Of a stretch of 64,000 nt of DNA, positions 60,573-64,000 are shown one piece after another. The first letter of the stretch is position 1. Each line of letters starts with the position of its first letter. The position numbers were made by a program, and so were the translations under genes. The DNA comes from Centroscyllium fabricii (taxonomy: Eukaryota): positions 69,688,001-69,752,000 of the forward strand of contig JBNRSN020000025.1 of the NCBI GenBank assembly GCA_051313645.2. The letters run 5' to 3'. Below the pieces are notes generated by a model. That model saw only the letters and a list, made by a program, of their open reading frames with translations. It was not told the origin of the DNA and ran no database searches.

Positions 60573-61854
60573 TGGTAGGATTTGGACAATACAGTGAATT
60601 GCTCAAGTATGAATTAGTGTGAAATGACAACAGGTTTCACTTAACAATGTCATCTATTGCCTTGAAGAAACATGGAATGGACAGAGCAGCACATTGTTGC
60701 TGCGTCACTGAGTTTCAGGCAGTAGGTTTGTGCCTGGAGTCTCAGTTTCCAATTCAAATCCTACCATCTCAAGGAGGACCCAAATGGCTAAGTACCTCCC
60801 ACCCCCACTCGATAGAAGGGGGCATAAAAAGCACAACACTGGAAAGTTGGTATTGAAAACAAAATCTTAAGTTGCTGGTCTGGGAACAGATTACTACATA
60901 AGGGAAGGGGGGAGCTTTAGAAGGGAAAAAAACGTTCAATAAAATGGCGGTACAGCATTTTGCATTAAAAGTAAAATCACTCGTATGCTTTTTACGAAGT
61001 AGGAACTCAGATTCCAGCTACTTGTAGGCACAGCTCATGTAATGCAGCAGAAGGGCAGGAAAAATCTTCACAAAAAGCTGGGTGAGAATTACAGATATTA
61101 AAAAGGGTCTGGAGAAAGAGAAATGGTAAACCTGTCATTACTGTCTCTCGGGGTTACGTGAACTCAATCTACAATACCTCAACCGCGTGGCACAAGTTTA
61201 GATCACTGACAGGCAGGCACCCAGACTGGATAGGCAGCTGCAAGGGATATTTATTTATCATACATGATAAATAAAAAAAATATACACATAAAGATTATAT
61301 TTTTAAAGTAATCGTTATGCTTGCCAAAAAAGATGTTTTCTTAAATTGAAGTGATACTCAAAAAGAAATCAATATAGTGATAAACATGCGTAACTATTCT
61401 TTAGGCAACATTGCATTTGAAAAAGGCGATACTGACCTTCCGTATATTTTTCACCTGTTCTGTGCTATGTTTGGCTATTATGTTTCCGTGGATCAGCTTT
61501 TGGGCTTAGACAATTTTTGAAAACCGAATGTACCTGTTGAAAAATGTCAGTACACTAGGGTAGCTACAGAACCAGTACTATGAAAACATTAACATCTGAA
61601 ACTTAACCTGCAAGGAGGATCACAGGACACCACTCACCCAACACGTGGGGACGACATCATAACTCAACAACAGCAGTCATGGGATTCATCCTCAGTCATT
61701 AGATAAAAGTGGTATCTTGAACGTCCCAGTACGAGATTCCATCCATTAGAATGGAGAAACTTCTCTACCCCTGCCCCACTTTGTGGGTAGTCTATAACTG
61801 ACTGTATAAACACAATGAATATTTGTGTGAAGGAATGGCTAAGAAATAATATCC

Positions 61855-62730
61855 CAGTCTGCAGGACGATTTAGATGGGTTGGTCAGATGGGCACAACAG
61901 TGGCAAATGGAATTTAACCCTGAAAAGTGTGAGGTGATGCATTTTGGAAGGACTAACAAGGCAAGGGAATACACAATGAATGGTAAGACCCTAGAAAAGA
62001 CAGAGGATCAGAGGGACCTTGGGGTGCATGTACATAGATCCCTGAAGGCAGCAGGACAGGTAGATAAGGTGGTTAAAAAGGCATATGGGATACTTGCCGT
62101 CATTAGCCGAGGAACAGAATATAAGAGCAGGGAGGTTATGATGGAGCTGTACAAAACGCTAGTTAGGCCACAGCTGGAGTACTGTGTGCAGTTCTGGTCA
62201 CCACACTATAGGAAGGATGTGATTGCTTTGGAGAGGGTGCAGAGGAGATTCATCAGGATGTTACCTGGGCTGGAGCGTTTCAGCTATGAAGAAAGACTGG
62301 ACAGGCTGGGGTTGTTTTCCTTGGAGCAGAGAAGGCTGAGGGGGGGACCTGATTGAGGTGTACAAAATTATGAGGGGCATAGATAGGGTAGAGAGAAAGG
62401 AACTTATTCCCTTAGTAGAGGGGTCAATAACCAGGGGCCATAGTTTCAAGGTTAGGGGCAGGAGGTTTAGAGGGGACTTGAGTAAGAACTTTTTCACCCA
62501 GAGGGTGATTGGAATCTGGAACTCACTGCCTGAAAGGGTGGTAGAGGCAGGGACCCTCACAACATTCAAGAAGCATTTAGCTGAGCACTTGAAATGCCAT
62601 AGCATACAAGGCTACGGACCAAATGCAGGAAAATGGGATTAGAATAGACAGGGCTTGATGGCCGGCGCAGACACGATGGGCCGAAGGGCCTCTTTCTGTG
62701 CTGTATAACTCTGTGGCTCTCTGTGACTCT
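61855..62730 (+). mobile_element. 5'-truncated CR1 LINE (same subfamily as 41257-42838)
   Basis: WQMEFNPEKCEVMHFG...RPQLEYCVQFWSP...FFTQRVIGIWNSLP. Highly similar to 41980-42838. Confidence 0.92.
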
Positions 62731-63573
62731 GAGTATTATGCTGGTCATTGCTATCCTATGAACGTTTAACGTGGACATATGAAATTCCTCTGTACGTTAA
62801 AGGAGGAATTAAACAGTTTAGTTAACGCTCATTAAAAGAGTGGACAAAGGAATTTGATACAAACTCATGAAGAGTTTTTAAGATTGCACGACGTGATTCC
62901 CAGGCTGAAATGTCTACGGTGCAACTGTCTAATACTGTAAACACATATCACAGAAATCGTCTTGTGCATTAATCTAACCTGCTGTGAAGGTCTGAAAGTT
63001 TAAAATGACAAAAAAAATGTTGCGTAGTCAAATTAGTGCAAACTGCTGCCCTGAGGAGAGGGTTGGACACTTGGGCCTTCAGAGTGGCTGAAAATTGAAG
63101 TCAATGTTTCCTTTTCCCTTTTTGGGCCACTTGCTGCTGCACGTCTTGAATACAGGAGGGGAGGACAATCTGAGCCCGATGAACATCAGCACCACACTGG
63201 ATCAGCATTTGAAGGTGCAATAAGTCGCCCGCAAAATAAAACTTGAAAAAATATAACAGGATTTAAGCGCTTCACCATAGGAAATATTTTTGAATCGTCA
63301 GGAATGTGGGCATCACTGGCAAGGCCGTGGTTTATTGCCCATCTCCAGTTATGCTGAGAAGGTGGTGGGTCTTCTTTTTGAACTGGTGGTAACAGTTTGA
63401 TACGGCTGAGTGGTCACTTCAAAGGGTAGTTAAAAGTCAATCACATTGGCGTGCAACTGGAGTCACATATAGGCCAGACTGGGTAAGGATGGCGAGTTTC
63501 CTTCCCGAAAGGATTCGTTAAACAGTTGGGTATTTTCAACATACCAACAAATTCATGGTCACTTTTACTGATA

Positions 63574-64000
63574 CAGGTTGAGCACCGTTAATCCGTTAGC
63601 CAAACAACCGGCAGCTTCGAACGTCCGGCAATAATTTCCCCCACTGCGCCGCGCATGCGCAAAATGGCCACCACGATTGATGCTTCGACGAATGATCTGC
63701 GCATGCTCCGCCGAACGGCAAGCGCATGCGCAGATCATTCACAATGGTCTCTCCGAGCTGATAGCGGGCTGGGCCGGGATTCCCCGAACGCGGGCTGGGC
63801 CGGGATTCCCCGAACGCGGGCTGGGCCGGGATTCCCCGAACGCGGGCTGGGACCATCCGAACGATACAGGGCCGGGACTTGCCGAACAATAAGCGCATGC
63901 GCAGACCACTCGTGACTGGCCGCCGGCCTTCCACCGAAGCTTCAATCGTTCGGGATTTTCACTTTCCCGGCACGGGCCTGGTCCCGCCCATGCCGGATTA
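63574..64000. mobile_element. TA-target MITE (copy 11) with a 26-bp internal repeat, running off the window end
   Basis: ta|CAGGTTGAGCACCGTTAATCC. Reverse homolog of copy 6, with ~3 units of cgggctgggccgggattccccgaacg. Confidence 0.85.

Noticed and set aside
56200-64000. EIF4G3 start-codon exon (MNSQPQTRSP-like)
   Set aside because: Not found by eye; it probably lies beyond the right edge of the window.

Overview
Vertebrate nuclear DNA, most likely from a cartilaginous fish, judged from HE1/V-SINE-like, SacSINE1/Deu-SINE-like and CR1 repeats. The window lies within the 5' half of an EIF4G3 gene on the minus strand. I can place six canonical coding exons by splice sites and phase (55106-55291, 52378-52486, 38855-38955, 26907-27032, 19572-19659, 6730-7478) and the 21-nt neuronal microexon GGFRPIQ (56095-56115). 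The large exon is 749 nt and carries a 1-nt frameshift, probably an assembly error. Several other cassette or alternative-first-exon candidates are visible. The introns are full of degraded CR1, RTE and L2 LINEs, tRNA-SINEs and DNA-transposon MITEs. The most unusual structure is a TA-inserting, Tigger/pogo-like MITE family with about 11 copies. Its arms carry NRF1-type (TGCGCATGCGCA) and YY1-type (AAAATGGCCG) motifs. Its centre holds variable cargo: different GC-rich minisatellites or unique sequence. One copy has expanded from a 2-unit seed (still visible at 50600-50897) to an array of about 80 units over 2.5 kb, with layered variant strata. The six 800-975 aa ORFs over that array are artefacts. 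There is no CRISPR array or prokaryotic system. All family assignments are from recalled consensus features, not database searches.
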